Below, in pieces: positions 35,823-44,962 of a stretch of 64,000 bases of DNA. The DNA is from Bacteroides sp. (GTDB lineage Bacteria > Bacteroidota > Bacteroidia > Bacteroidales > Muribaculaceae): contig JAMPHF010000001.1 of the NCBI GenBank assembly GCA_023663525.1, positions 682,317 to 746,316 of the forward strand, in the 5' to 3' direction. The position numbers and the translations under genes are program-made. The notes below the pieces were generated by a model that saw only the letters and a list, made by a program, of their open reading frames with translations, had not been told where the DNA came from and made no database searches. Every line of letters begins with the position of its first letter. The first letter of the stretch is position 1.

Positions 35823-35864
35823 AAGGAGAGCATTGCGCGATTGTCTGTCGGCAATGCTCTCCTT
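35823..35864 (-). terminator. Intrinsic terminator between the two POT genes
   Basis: A perfect 14-bp stem pairs aaggagagcattgc with gcaatgctctcctt across a 14-nt loop. A U-tract follows on the minus strand (the plus-strand aaaaaaaa at 35811-35818). Confidence 0.8.
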
Positions 35865-35900
35865 GAATTTGAAATTTCTTTGGGTTCAGGATGGCATTTT

Positions 35901-37427
35901 TTATGCGTTTGTCACTCTTTCAAGCCACTTGACCATGCCGAACATCACACCCATCGAGATGAGGCAGACGGCGAGGAACACGCTCCAGCACATCCAGAGT
36001 GGCCATGCGTTGTACATCAGCGGACCAATCCATAGGAGAAGGTTTCCGAGAGCTGTCGCGCCGAGCCATAGACCCTGGCATAGACCCTGCATGTGGGCGG
36101 GGGCGACTTTCGACACGAACGAGAGTCCGAGGGGCGAGATGAAAAGCTCGGCCACGGTGAGGAAGAAGTAGAGCAGGATCAGCACCCACGGCCCTGCAAG
36201 CATCCCGGCTGTCGTGCTGACGGGGAGCGAGCGGAATTCGGTGGCTGAGGGATAGCCTTCGACTGCTGAGAAGATGGCGAGGAAAAGGAATGCGAGTCCG
36301 GCGAGACCCATGCCGATGGCGATTTTCTTGGGAGTGGAGATCTCGATGCCTCGGCGACCGAGCATGGCGAAGAATGCCATGACAACCGGGGTGAGCACGA
36401 TCACGAAGAAGGGGTTGACAGCCTGCCATATCTCGGGAGCGATTGTCGATGTATCGACAAAGTCGCGTGCGAACAGCGAGAGGGATGTGCCGTTCTGATG
36501 GAACGAGAACCAGAAGAAGATGACCACGCCGAGCACTGCGAAAAGTGCCATCATGCGCTGCTTGATCTCCTTGGCCATTGCGCGGCGTTCGTCATCGGAG
36601 ATAGAGACGGTTTCAGCTTTGGCTTTGGCAGAGGGGTTGGGGAAACCTTTCTTGTAGATGAGGAATATCACGAGCGAGATGAGCATTGCGGCCACAGAGG
36701 CGATGAATGAGTAATGCACGCCGGTGTTGAACACCTCAAGATATTCGCTGCAGAAGGCCTGGATGTCGCCTGCAACGTCACCACCGGTGGCGGTGATGAG
36801 CGAATAGAGGTTGTTGATGTTTTCGGTTGACATGTTGTCGGTAACGCTCAGATACTCATGGCAGAGCGCGGGGAGTTTGGCATTGTAGGAGAGATTGTGG
36901 ACACCGAGCCACCAGCTTCGGAGCATGGGAGCTACGAAGGGAGCGATGAGACCGCCGACGTTGATGAAGACGTAGAAAATCTGGAAGCCGGAGTCGCGTT
37001 TTGAGGCATAGCGGGGATTGTCGTAGAGCTGCCCGACGATGGCCTGGAGGTTGCCCTTGAAAAGACCGTTGCCGAAAGCGATGAGAAACAGTGCGAAGCA
37101 CGTCATGGGCAGCAGCCATGAGATGTTTTGGGAAGTCGAGAGGATGGGGATTGAGAGAAGCACGTAGCCTGCACACATGACGATAAGACCGCTGATGATG
37201 GTCCCCTTGTAGTTGCGTGTGCGGTCGGCGATGACACCGCCCACGAGACTGAGCAGGTAGATGCCGGCGTAGAAAACCGAATAGATCAGCGTGCTTGTCT
37301 CCTCGCTGAGTCCGAATTTCGAGCATAGGAACAGCACGAGTACTGCGTTCATGATGTAGTAGCCGAAACGCTCGCCCATGTTGCTGAGGGCGGCAGGGAT
37401 AAGGCCTTTGGGTTGGTCTTTGAACAT
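35901..37427 (-). CDS. POT/PTR2-family proton-dependent di/tripeptide transporter (paralogue)
   Basis: The PTR2 signature is LSNMGERFGYYIMNAVLVLFL. The protein is 508 aa and polytopic. Confidence 0.9.
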   Translation of the reverse strand: MFKDQPKGLIPAALSNMGERFGYYIMNAVLVLFLCSKFGLSEETSTLIYSVFYAGIYLLSLVGGVIADRTRNYKGTIISGLIVMCAGYVLLSIPILSTSQNISWLLPMTCFALFLIAFGNGLFKGNLQAIVGQLYDNPRYASKRDSGFQIFYVFINVGGLIAPFVAPMLRSWWLGVHNLSYNAKLPALCHEYLSVTDNMSTENINNLYSLITATGGDVAGDIQAFCSEYLEVFNTGVHYSFIASVAAMLISLVIFLIYKKGFPNPSAKAKAETVSISDDERRAMAKEIKQRMMALFAVLGVVIFFWFSFHQNGTSLSLFARDFVDTSTIAPEIWQAVNPFFVIVLTPVVMAFFAMLGRRGIEISTPKKIAIGMGLAGLAFLFLAIFSAVEGYPSATEFRSLPVSTTAGMLAGPWVLILLYFFLTVAELFISPLGLSFVSKVAPAHMQGLCQGLWLGATALGNLLLWIGPLMYNAWPLWMCWSVFLAVCLISMGVMFGMVKWLERVTNA

Positions 37428-37522
37428 AATGAGTTAAGATTTCGAGTTTTAAACGATGGTGATTGCTTTGACGGGTATTAATTTAAGAGTGTTTCTGATT
37501 GGTGTTGAGTAGAGAGTTTCCG

Positions 37523-37530
37523 CAAAAATA
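37523..37530 (-). promoter_or_regulatory. -7 promoter box TAttTTTG for the upstream POT gene
   Basis: The reverse complement of 'caaaaata' matches the consensus. It lies 96 nt upstream of the ATG at 37427. Confidence 0.35.
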
Positions 37531-37717
37531 CAAAAAATATGGTAAATGATTGTTATCACGTAGGGAAACTGCAAAATGGGATTATACGTATGTTAATAGC
37601 GTAGATGACTGATATACAATGTTATATTTGTAATGATTATACAGTGTTTAAAATATTTACAAAATAGTTTTAATAATTATTAACCAAATGGATATGTCGT
37701 ATATTAAAATTTTTGTA

Positions 37718-37725
37718 TAAATTTG
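37718..37725 (+). promoter_or_regulatory. -7 promoter box TAaaTTTG for the membrane-protein/vWA pair
   Basis: 'taaatttg' lies just before the track ORF start at 37730. This argues that the true start codon is further downstream. Confidence 0.35.
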
Positions 37726-37873
37726 CGCAGTGATAGTCCGACGCGGTCGGTGTCACGGCATATTTTGTTTTATATACTCACCAAGTAACAGTAGAAGACC
37801 AACTTTGAATGTCTGTGTGTTGAACGGCAATGATCATACCGGTGCAAAGAGAACATTGAAGTTTATAGTCGGG

Positions 37874-38278
37874 ATGCTTTTGCTCATCGGAGGATGTCTG
37901 ATCTATCTTTCGTGGCGGAGCGAGCATACCAACCTCTATATATGGTGCCGGAGTGCCGGACTTAATTTTTTTCTTGACTGTTTGCGTACAAGTGTCGGGA
38001 CGTATGATCCCGGAGCATTTGTGACGGAAAGCCTTCCGGACGGATTGTTTTGTGCTGCCTACGTCCTTGTGATGGATTGCATCTGGGATAGAAGCGGAGG
38101 AGTGATGCGAGTGCTGATGATTCTCCTCATGCCCGCAGTGGCTGTCATCCATGAAATCCTGCAATATTTCGGAGTCGTTTCGGGGACATTTGACCCCATT
38201 GACCTCGCCTGCTATGTCGTCCCGCCCCTGACCTATATCATTATATTACGGTTGACCAATCAATTACATACGAAATAA
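37874..38278 (+). CDS. Small polytopic membrane protein, weakly VanZ/DUF2809-like
   Basis: From ATG 37874 it reads MLLLIGGCLIYLSW..., with 3-4 hydrophobic helices. The C-terminal HEILQYFG..GTFDPIDLACY resembles the VanZ-like E..Q.....D..D motif. The start codon is uncertain. Confidence 0.45.
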   Translation: MLLLIGGCLIYLSWRSEHTNLYIWCRSAGLNFFLDCLRTSVGTYDPGAFVTESLPDGLFCAAYVLVMDCIWDRSGGVMRVLMILLMPAVAVIHEILQYFGVVSGTFDPIDLACYVVPPLTYIIILRLTNQLHTK

Positions 38279-38301
38279 ACCCAAATTTTTAAACTAACAT
38301 C

Positions 38302-40068
38302 ATGAAATTACGGAAATTTCTCTTTTCAGCGGCTGTCATGTCGCTGTTCGGACTTGGCTTTTCGGCCTCGGTAGTCACTGACGAACCCGGCGAGGGTGGA
38401 GAACCCGGTGGCGTGCCGGCAAATCCTCTTGACAAGGTGGACGGAATCATTGCCGTCAACTCTGAAATCGGCGACTGGGATGCCGCATATCTGACAAAGG
38501 ACGGCTATTTCTGCTTCAAGAGCGGTCTCGACAAGGAGACGGACAGCAAGTACAACTCGCTCTCCTTCATGGCTCCCGAATCGACCGACATCGTGAGCAT
38601 TATCTCGACCAAGGAGGGCAACATCCCCACTCAGATGAAGATAAAGGAGGGGATGGTCTATTTCAGCTTCCCCAATGACTCAATCCTCGAACTTCTGCTC
38701 GATAACGGAGCTAAGATGGAGATGATCGACAGCATAGCCTACCGCAAGGCTTCGCTCCCCGGTCTCGGTGGTGATGACCGCTTCAAGGCCATCCTCGCCA
38801 ATGCTTCATCGCTGCTCAACAGCTCGGTCGGCGGTGCGCGCCCCGCATCTCTCGGCTCGATTGCAAGTGTGTTTGACAAGGTCAGCAAGATGCCTTACGT
38901 GACCGATGATGAATTCCTCGGCACAATCTCGAAAGACGCTGACGGCAACTATACCTTCACCGGCACAATCAGCGAGTGGTTCAAGAACATCATGGACAAG
39001 GATGTAAAGAACGTGCTCACTCTCTGGACCGGCAAGGCCACATTCAAGGTCGGCGGTTCGTCATGCACGCTGAGCGGCACGATCTGGTGCTCATCGGACA
39101 TCTTCAACAAGTATGGCACTTACGGAATCCTCTGCGACACTGATCCGACGAAACTCACTGTCGGCAATGCTGAGTATCAGGGCACGGGTGTTCAGAACGC
39201 CGACGACCTCAGCTTCGGTGTGGATTTCCGTGGCTTCAAGCCCAACACCACCTATTATTACCGTGCATACTACGAGTTCAACTCAGCCGACCATGGCAGC
39301 CTCATCCCGAAATATGGCAGCAGCTTCGACGCAGTTTTCTATGACACGACCATCAAGTCGTTCACTACCGGCGACAACGTCCTCACCGTTGACGTGGTGA
39401 TGTGTATCGACGCCACCGGTAGTATGTCGGGTATCATCAACACCGTGAAGCGCAATGCCATTGCTTTCTATGACCTTTTCAAAGACTGCTGCGAGAGCGA
39501 GGGTATCCAGCTTGCCGCACTCAACGCTCAGGTCATCTCGTTCCGCGACAAGAATGTGGATTATGACTGGTTTGTCAACAGCCCCACTTATTCACTCCCC
39601 GATCAGCGCAACGAGTATGAGAGCTTCGTCAACGGTCTCTATGCATCCGGTGGCGGTGACACTCCCGAAAGTGGTCTTGAGGCTCTTGACGCAGCCTTTG
39701 ATAAGACTGACTGGGGTGTTGACGACGGCTATCACCGTCAGGTTGTCATCCTTTGGACTGACGCGCCTTATCTCATCGGAGATTACAGCAGCGTGACGCT
39801 TGAAAGTCTTGAGGCAAAGTGGAACACACTTCCTTCGGGCCGCCGCCTCATCCTCTTTGCCCCCTACGGCAACTATGATTACAATGGTGACGACTGGGCT
39901 AAACTTGACGGCTGGAAGAACCTCATCCACGAGGCTGACCTCTACAATGGATTCAACAACTTCGAGTATATCCTCAAGTCGATCATTGGCGAGCTTACCA
40001 GCAAGGGCAAGAGCCGTGCAAGCCGTGCAGCCGCAGACAGTTCTGTCTTCTTCCGTCCGAACAACTGA
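38302..40068 (+). CDS. Secreted protein with C-terminal von Willebrand factor A domain
   Basis: It has a signal peptide and an Ig/Fn3-like middle region (FKPNTTYYYRAYYEF). The MIDAS-type vWA motifs are VVMCIDATGSMSG, ASGGGDTPESG and VILWTDAP. Confidence 0.8.
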   Translation: MKLRKFLFSAAVMSLFGLGFSASVVTDEPGEGGEPGGVPANPLDKVDGIIAVNSEIGDWDAAYLTKDGYFCFKSGLDKETDSKYNSLSFMAPESTDIVSIISTKEGNIPTQMKIKEGMVYFSFPNDSILELLLDNGAKMEMIDSIAYRKASLPGLGGDDRFKAILANASSLLNSSVGGARPASLGSIASVFDKVSKMPYVTDDEFLGTISKDADGNYTFTGTISEWFKNIMDKDVKNVLTLWTGKATFKVGGSSCTLSGTIWCSSDIFNKYGTYGILCDTDPTKLTVGNAEYQGTGVQNADDLSFGVDFRGFKPNTTYYYRAYYEFNSADHGSLIPKYGSSFDAVFYDTTIKSFTTGDNVLTVDVVMCIDATGSMSGIINTVKRNAIAFYDLFKDCCESEGIQLAALNAQVISFRDKNVDYDWFVNSPTYSLPDQRNEYESFVNGLYASGGGDTPESGLEALDAAFDKTDWGVDDGYHRQVVILWTDAPYLIGDYSSVTLESLEAKWNTLPSGRRLILFAPYGNYDYNGDDWAKLDGWKNLIHEADLYNGFNNFEYILKSIIGELTSKGKSRASRAAADSSVFFRPNN

Positions 40069-40136
40069 TCGGCAGTCGTCACGTATCCTTTGGATAGAAG
40101 AATAATCCTTTGAGCAGGGTACAAGAAGACATAGGA

Positions 40137-40179
40137 GTCAAGAGGGACAGGTGGATTTTTCCATCTGTCCCTCTTTGAC
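40137..40179. repeat. Compact hairpin built from family words (copy D1)
   Basis: gtcaagagggacaggtgga - ttt - tccatctgtccctctttgac forms a stem of about 19 bp with one bulge and one mismatch. Confidence 0.7.
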
Positions 40180-40187
40180 ATACTGGG

Positions 40188-40300
40188 AAAGGGGACATAA
40201 TGACAAAAGTGCATAAGGAACAGATGGATATATTATCACTGATGTTATGGAAAGTATAATCATTTGTCTCTTATGTGCTTATGTCTGGATGTACCCTTTT
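40188..40300. repeat. Degenerate mosaic long-hairpin element (copy D2)
   Basis: The left arm is aaaggggacataatgacaaaagtgcataaggaacagatg. The reverse complement of the right arm is aaaagggtacatccagacataagcacataagagacaaatg. The match is roughly 80% by eye. Confidence 0.6.
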
Positions 40301-40439
40301 AAATCCTTATTTCCGAATTAAGTTCTCTTTGCCCCTCAACTCCTTTTCATGCATATTTTCGATATTCAAATTAAATTCATAATTTTGTGGGACAATTGAT
40401 AATTCTTGCAAACTGGACTACGTTGATTACAGAAATATT

Positions 40440-41867
40440 ATGGATAATAATGCAGACTATATGGTGAAATTCGAGAGCATTCGGCTCGGGTATGGCAATG
40501 TCGTTTTGAACAATCCGCACCTCATAGCCATTCCCGAGGGGGTATGTGTCATCCTCGGAGCCAACGGGGCGGGTAAATCGACGCTTGGACTCGTCATTGA
40601 GAAAGGACGCTACGCCTACGGCAACCGGCTGCATTTCCCATGTCCTGACATGAAAGTCAAAATGCTGGCCTTTACCGATATCCACTCCCTGACGGGCATA
40701 GAGGTCAGCCGCTATGACCAGCGGCTTGAGGCCACCGTCAATGACCTCGTGCCAACCGTGGGCGAAATCCTCGGGACGAAGACAGACAGCGACCGTTGGC
40801 GCGAGCTGTGCGACTCGTTCTCGCTCCATGATGTCGTGGAGAAGCGTGTCAACTACCTGTCGAGCGGTGAACTACGCAAGCTGTTGATCATAAATGCCCT
40901 GCTTGAGACACCCGACATCCTGATTCTCGATAATCCATACATAGGGCTTGACTCCCGCTCCCGGTCGGAGCTTGACAATGCCATCCGTGAGATTGCAGCC
41001 GGCGGTGTGGGGATTGTCCTGCTGCTGTGTGATGCGGTTGACATCCCCGACTACGTCAATTCCGTCATCCGTCTTGACAATCGGACTCTCTCAGAGCCTT
41101 TGGTCGACCCGGAGGAGATTGCACGGCTGCGTGATGGTGCGGATAAGGGTCGTGCCGACATCTCCATGTCCGACTTGCCCGCCCGAAAGGACGACACTCC
41201 CGACTTCGACATTGCGTTTGCCATCGAGGACGGTCATGTGCGCTACGGAGCGCGGTCGATACTCGAAGGATTGGACTGGACCGTCAGATCGGGCGAACGA
41301 TGGGCGTTGACCGGTCCGAACGGCTCCGGAAAGTCATTGCTGCTCAGTCTCGTTTGTGCCGACAATCCTCAGGCGTATGCAAATAAAATCACACTTTTTG
41401 ACCGCCGCAGGGGGTCGGGCGAAAGCATTTGGGAAATCAAGGACAGGATAGGCTACGTCTGCCCGGAGATGCAGCTCTATTTCCGCTCGTCGCTCCCGGT
41501 AGAGGAAATCGTGGTCGGGGGTATGCGCAATTCCCTCTCGCAGTTCCGCAAGGCGAGCGCGGAGGAGCTTGACGAAGCCCGGACATGGCTCCGGCTGCTC
41601 GACATAGCCCATCTTTCCGACCGCAAGTTTGCCGAACTCTCGTCGGGGGAGCAACGGCTCGTGCTTCTGGCGCGTACATTCATCAAGCAGCCTCCGCTCC
41701 TGATACTCGACGAGCCGCTCCACGGACTCGACACCGAGAGGAAAGAGCGTGTGCGCCGTCTCATCGACCTCCTTGTGGAGAGAAACCACTCCTCGCTGAT
41801 TTTCGTCACGCACTACACTCGTGAAATCCCTTCCACCGTCACTCTGACAAAGACATTGCACAGATAG
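40440..41867 (+). CDS. Tandem-ATPase ABC protein without membrane domain (ModF-like)
   Basis: There are two Walker A motifs (GANGAGKST, GPNGSGKSL), two ABC signatures (LSSGELRK, LSSGEQR) and two Walker B motifs (ILILDNP, LLILDEP). Confidence 0.85.
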   Translation: MDNNADYMVKFESIRLGYGNVVLNNPHLIAIPEGVCVILGANGAGKSTLGLVIEKGRYAYGNRLHFPCPDMKVKMLAFTDIHSLTGIEVSRYDQRLEATVNDLVPTVGEILGTKTDSDRWRELCDSFSLHDVVEKRVNYLSSGELRKLLIINALLETPDILILDNPYIGLDSRSRSELDNAIREIAAGGVGIVLLLCDAVDIPDYVNSVIRLDNRTLSEPLVDPEEIARLRDGADKGRADISMSDLPARKDDTPDFDIAFAIEDGHVRYGARSILEGLDWTVRSGERWALTGPNGSGKSLLLSLVCADNPQAYANKITLFDRRRGSGESIWEIKDRIGYVCPEMQLYFRSSLPVEEIVVGGMRNSLSQFRKASAEELDEARTWLRLLDIAHLSDRKFAELSSGEQRLVLLARTFIKQPPLLILDEPLHGLDTERKERVRRLIDLLVERNHSSLIFVTHYTREIPSTVTLTKTLHR

Positions 41868-42153
41868 GCAGTGCGGCCGTGGGCGGAGACTGTCGCTATT
41901 TCCGTACACTTCATGCGGGGTTACGGATGTATGACATATCAAAGAAGTGGATTTGTCTGCATGTACCTGCGATCGGTGAGAGACTGTGAGCATTGATTAT
42001 GAGACGCACTCTTATCGTCAAATGATTGCTGTTGACTACAATTCAATTTTCGCAACCGTCAAGGGTATCCAGCCAGATAAGAAGGTCGAGGCATACTATC
42101 TCGGTTATGGTAAAAGCCGGGTGTGGATACTTTGATATTCTGAGGATTTTCGC

Positions 42154-42161
42154 TAATTTTG
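42154..42161 (+). promoter_or_regulatory. -7 promoter box TAatTTTG for gpmI
   Basis: 'taattttg' lies 62 nt upstream of the ATG at 42223. Confidence 0.4.
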
Positions 42162-42222
42162 CAGTCTGAAAATCAGAGTGTGCCGGATGGGACACTTCCA
42201 AACATACAATCTCTATAACATC

Positions 42223-43737
42223 ATGGCAAAGAAAGCATTGTTAATGATTCTTGACGGATGGGGAATCGGCAATCACTCAAAGAGCGATGCCATATACTCC
42301 ACTCCTACCCCTTACTGGGACTATCTCGTGAAAACTTATCCCCACAGCGAGCTTCAGGCTTCAGGCGAGAACGTGGGTCTGCCTGACGGTCAGATGGGCA
42401 ACTCCGAAGTGGGTCACCTCAATATCGGTGCAGGCCGTGTGCTGTATCAGGATCTCGTGAAAATCAACAAGGCATGTCAGGACGGCTCAATCCTAAAGAA
42501 CCCGGAAATCGTCAATGCCTTCACCTATGCGCGCGACAACGGTAAGGCTATTCACTTCATGGGGCTTACGAGCGACGGCGGTGTCCACTCATCGCTCGAC
42601 CATCTCTATGCCCTCTGCGACATTGCAAAGCACTACGGGCTTGAGAATGTCTACATCCACTGTTTCATGGATGGCCGTGACACCGACCCGCGCAGCGGCA
42701 AGGGCTTCATCGAGTCGCTTGAGGCCCACTGCGCAAAATCGGCAGGCAAAATCGCGTCGGTCATCGGCCGTTACTATGCCATGGATCGCGACAAGCGCTG
42801 GGAGCGCGTGAAAGTGGCCTACGATCTTCTCGTAAACGGCGAGGGGAAGCAGGCAACCGACATGGTCGCAGCTATTCAGGAGAGTTACGACGAGGATGTC
42901 ACCGACGAGTTCATCAAGCCGATCAATAATTCGACAATCGATGGCACGATCAAAGAGGGTGATGCCGTAATCTTCTTCAACTACCGCAATGACCGCGCCA
43001 AGGAGCTTACTATCGCCCTCACGCAGCACGACATTCCCGAGGCCGGCATGAAAGTGGTCCCCGGTCTGCAATACTACTGCATGACCCCCTACGATGCATC
43101 GTTCACCGGAGTGCACATCCTTTTCCCGAAAGAAAATGTCGAGAACACTCTCGGCGAATATCTCTCAAGCCTTGACAAGAAGCAGCTCCACATCGCCGAG
43201 ACGGAGAAATATGCCCACGTGACATTCTTCTTCAACGGCGGCCGCGAAGCACCCTACGAAGGCGAGGAGCGCATCCTCGTGGCCTCACCGAAAGTTGCGA
43301 CCTACGACCTCAAGCCCGAAATGAGTGCCTATGAGGTCAAGGATAAGCTCGTCGAGGCAATCAAGACTGAGAAATATGACTTCATCGTGGTCAACTACGC
43401 CAATGGCGATATGGTCGGTCACACCGGCGTCTACGATGCCATCTGCAAGGCAGTCAAGGCGGTTGATGAATGTGTCAAGGACACTGTCGAGGCGGCCAAA
43501 GCTGCAGGCTATGAGGTAATCATCATAGCTGACCACGGCAATGCCGACAATGCCGTCAACCCCGACGGGACACCCAACACGGCCCATTCGCTCAACCCCG
43601 TGCCCTGCATCTACGTGACCTCACGCCCTGACGCTAAGGTTGAGGATGGCAGACTTGCCGACGTTGCGCCCACCATGCTCAAGATCATGGGTCTTCCGCA
43701 GCCCAAGGAGATGACCGGCCACGCTCTCATCAACTGA
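42223..43737 (+). CDS. gpmI: 2,3-bisphosphoglycerate-independent phosphoglycerate mutase
   Basis: The motifs are [28 protein letters not shown] and IIADHGNAD. The first 15 codons of the track ORF are upstream of the likely start. Confidence 0.93.
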   Translation: MAKKALLMILDGWGIGNHSKSDAIYSTPTPYWDYLVKTYPHSELQASGENVGLPDGQMGNSEVGHLNIGAGRVLYQDLVKINKACQDGSILKNPEIVNAFTYARDNGKAIHFMGLTSDGGVHSSLDHLYALCDIAKHYGLENVYIHCFMDGRDTDPRSGKGFIESLEAHCAKSAGKIASVIGRYYAMDRDKRWERVKVAYDLLVNGEGKQATDMVAAIQESYDEDVTDEFIKPINNSTIDGTIKEGDAVIFFNYRNDRAKELTIALTQHDIPEAGMKVVPGLQYYCMTPYDASFTGVHILFPKENVENTLGEYLSSLDKKQLHIAETEKYAHVTFFFNGGREAPYEGEERILVASPKVATYDLKPEMSAYEVKDKLVEAIKTEKYDFIVVNYANGDMVGHTGVYDAICKAVKAVDECVKDTVEAAKAAGYEVIIIADHGNADNAVNPDGTPNTAHSLNPVPCIYVTSRPDAKVEDGRLADVAPTMLKIMGLPQPKEMTGHALIN

Positions 43738-44933
43738 TGGAATCAATCACTCAACTCTATAAGATAGGCCACGGCCCGTCAAGCTCCCACACCATGGGAC
43801 CGCTCAAGGCCGCGCAGGAATTCGGCAACCTCCACAGGGATGCCGCATCGTTCACCGTGACCCTTTACGGAGCCCTCGCCGGCACCGGGAAGGGTCACAT
43901 GACTGATGTGGCCATCCTGGGCGTGCTGGAGCCGATAGCCCCGACAAAGCTCATATGGGAACCGGGCATATTCCTGCCGTTCCACCCCAACGGGATGACG
44001 TTCCGCTCGTTTGACTCCGAGGGGCATGAGACGGATTGCCGTACATTTTATTCGATCGGTGGTGGCGACATCGTCCATGAAGGCGATGAGCGGCCTAAGG
44101 CAAAGGAGGTCTATCCGATGCACAAGATTGCCGACATTCTCGATTGGACCAAGCAGACCGGCAAAAGTTTTTGGGAATATGTCAAAGACTGCGAGGACGA
44201 AAGTGTGTGGGACTATCTTGCCGAGGTGTGGCGCGTCATGAAGGAAGCCGTGGAGCGCGGAATTGAGGCTGAGGGAGTGCTGCCCGGAGGTCTGGGAGTG
44301 CGCCGTAAGGCCATCAGCTATTATCTTCATGCCGCCGGTCACAACGACAGTCTCCGAAGCCGGGGACTCGTCTATGCCTACGCGCTTGCCGTCAGTGAGG
44401 AGAACGCCTCGGGCGGCGAAATCGTCACGGCTCCGACATGCGGCTCGTGCGGAGTCCTCCCTGCCGTCCTCTACCATCTGTCCACATCCAAGGGATTCAG
44501 TGACAAGCGCATCCTCCGCGCGCTGGCCACAGCCGGACTTTTCGGAAGTGTGGTCAAGCATAACGCGTCTGTGTCGGGAGCGGAGGTAGGATGTCAGGGC
44601 GAGGTCGGAGTGGCGTGTGCGATGGCGGCCGCAGCCGCAAGCCAACTGTTTGGCGGCACACCTGCCCAGATAGAATACTCGGCCGAGATGGGGCTCGAAC
44701 ATCACCTCGGGCTGACCTGCGACCCCGTGTGCGGTCTCGTCCAGATTCCGTGTATCGAACGCAATGCTTACGCTGCCGCCCGTGCGCTCGACAGCAACCT
44801 CTACGCATCGTTTTCCGACGGTAATCACTCCGTCACTTTCGACCGCATAGTCGAGGTGATGAAGCAGACCGGTCACGATCTGCCGTCAATCTACAAAGAG
44901 ACTGCCAGAGGCGGTCTCGCAGCCATCAAATAG
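43737..44933 (+). CDS. sdaA: Iron-sulfur L-serine ammonia-lyase (single-chain)
   Basis: It has the N-terminal IGHGPSSSHTMGP and the Cys cluster context TAPTCGSCGVLPAV. Its start overlaps the gpmI stop (TGATG). Confidence 0.88.
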   Translation: MESITQLYKIGHGPSSSHTMGPLKAAQEFGNLHRDAASFTVTLYGALAGTGKGHMTDVAILGVLEPIAPTKLIWEPGIFLPFHPNGMTFRSFDSEGHETDCRTFYSIGGGDIVHEGDERPKAKEVYPMHKIADILDWTKQTGKSFWEYVKDCEDESVWDYLAEVWRVMKEAVERGIEAEGVLPGGLGVRRKAISYYLHAAGHNDSLRSRGLVYAYALAVSEENASGGEIVTAPTCGSCGVLPAVLYHLSTSKGFSDKRILRALATAGLFGSVVKHNASVSGAEVGCQGEVGVACAMAAAAASQLFGGTPAQIEYSAEMGLEHHLGLTCDPVCGLVQIPCIERNAYAAARALDSNLYASFSDGNHSVTFDRIVEVMKQTGHDLPSIYKETARGGLAAIK

Positions 44934-44962
44934 TATCCAAGCACATTTTTTTCAAACAGGCA

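Noticed and set aside
41334-41993. 219-aa minus-strand ORF at the end of the ABC ATPase gene.
   Set aside because: It overlaps the second, motif-rich ATPase domain on the opposite strand, and its product is Arg/His/Leu-rich with no motif.
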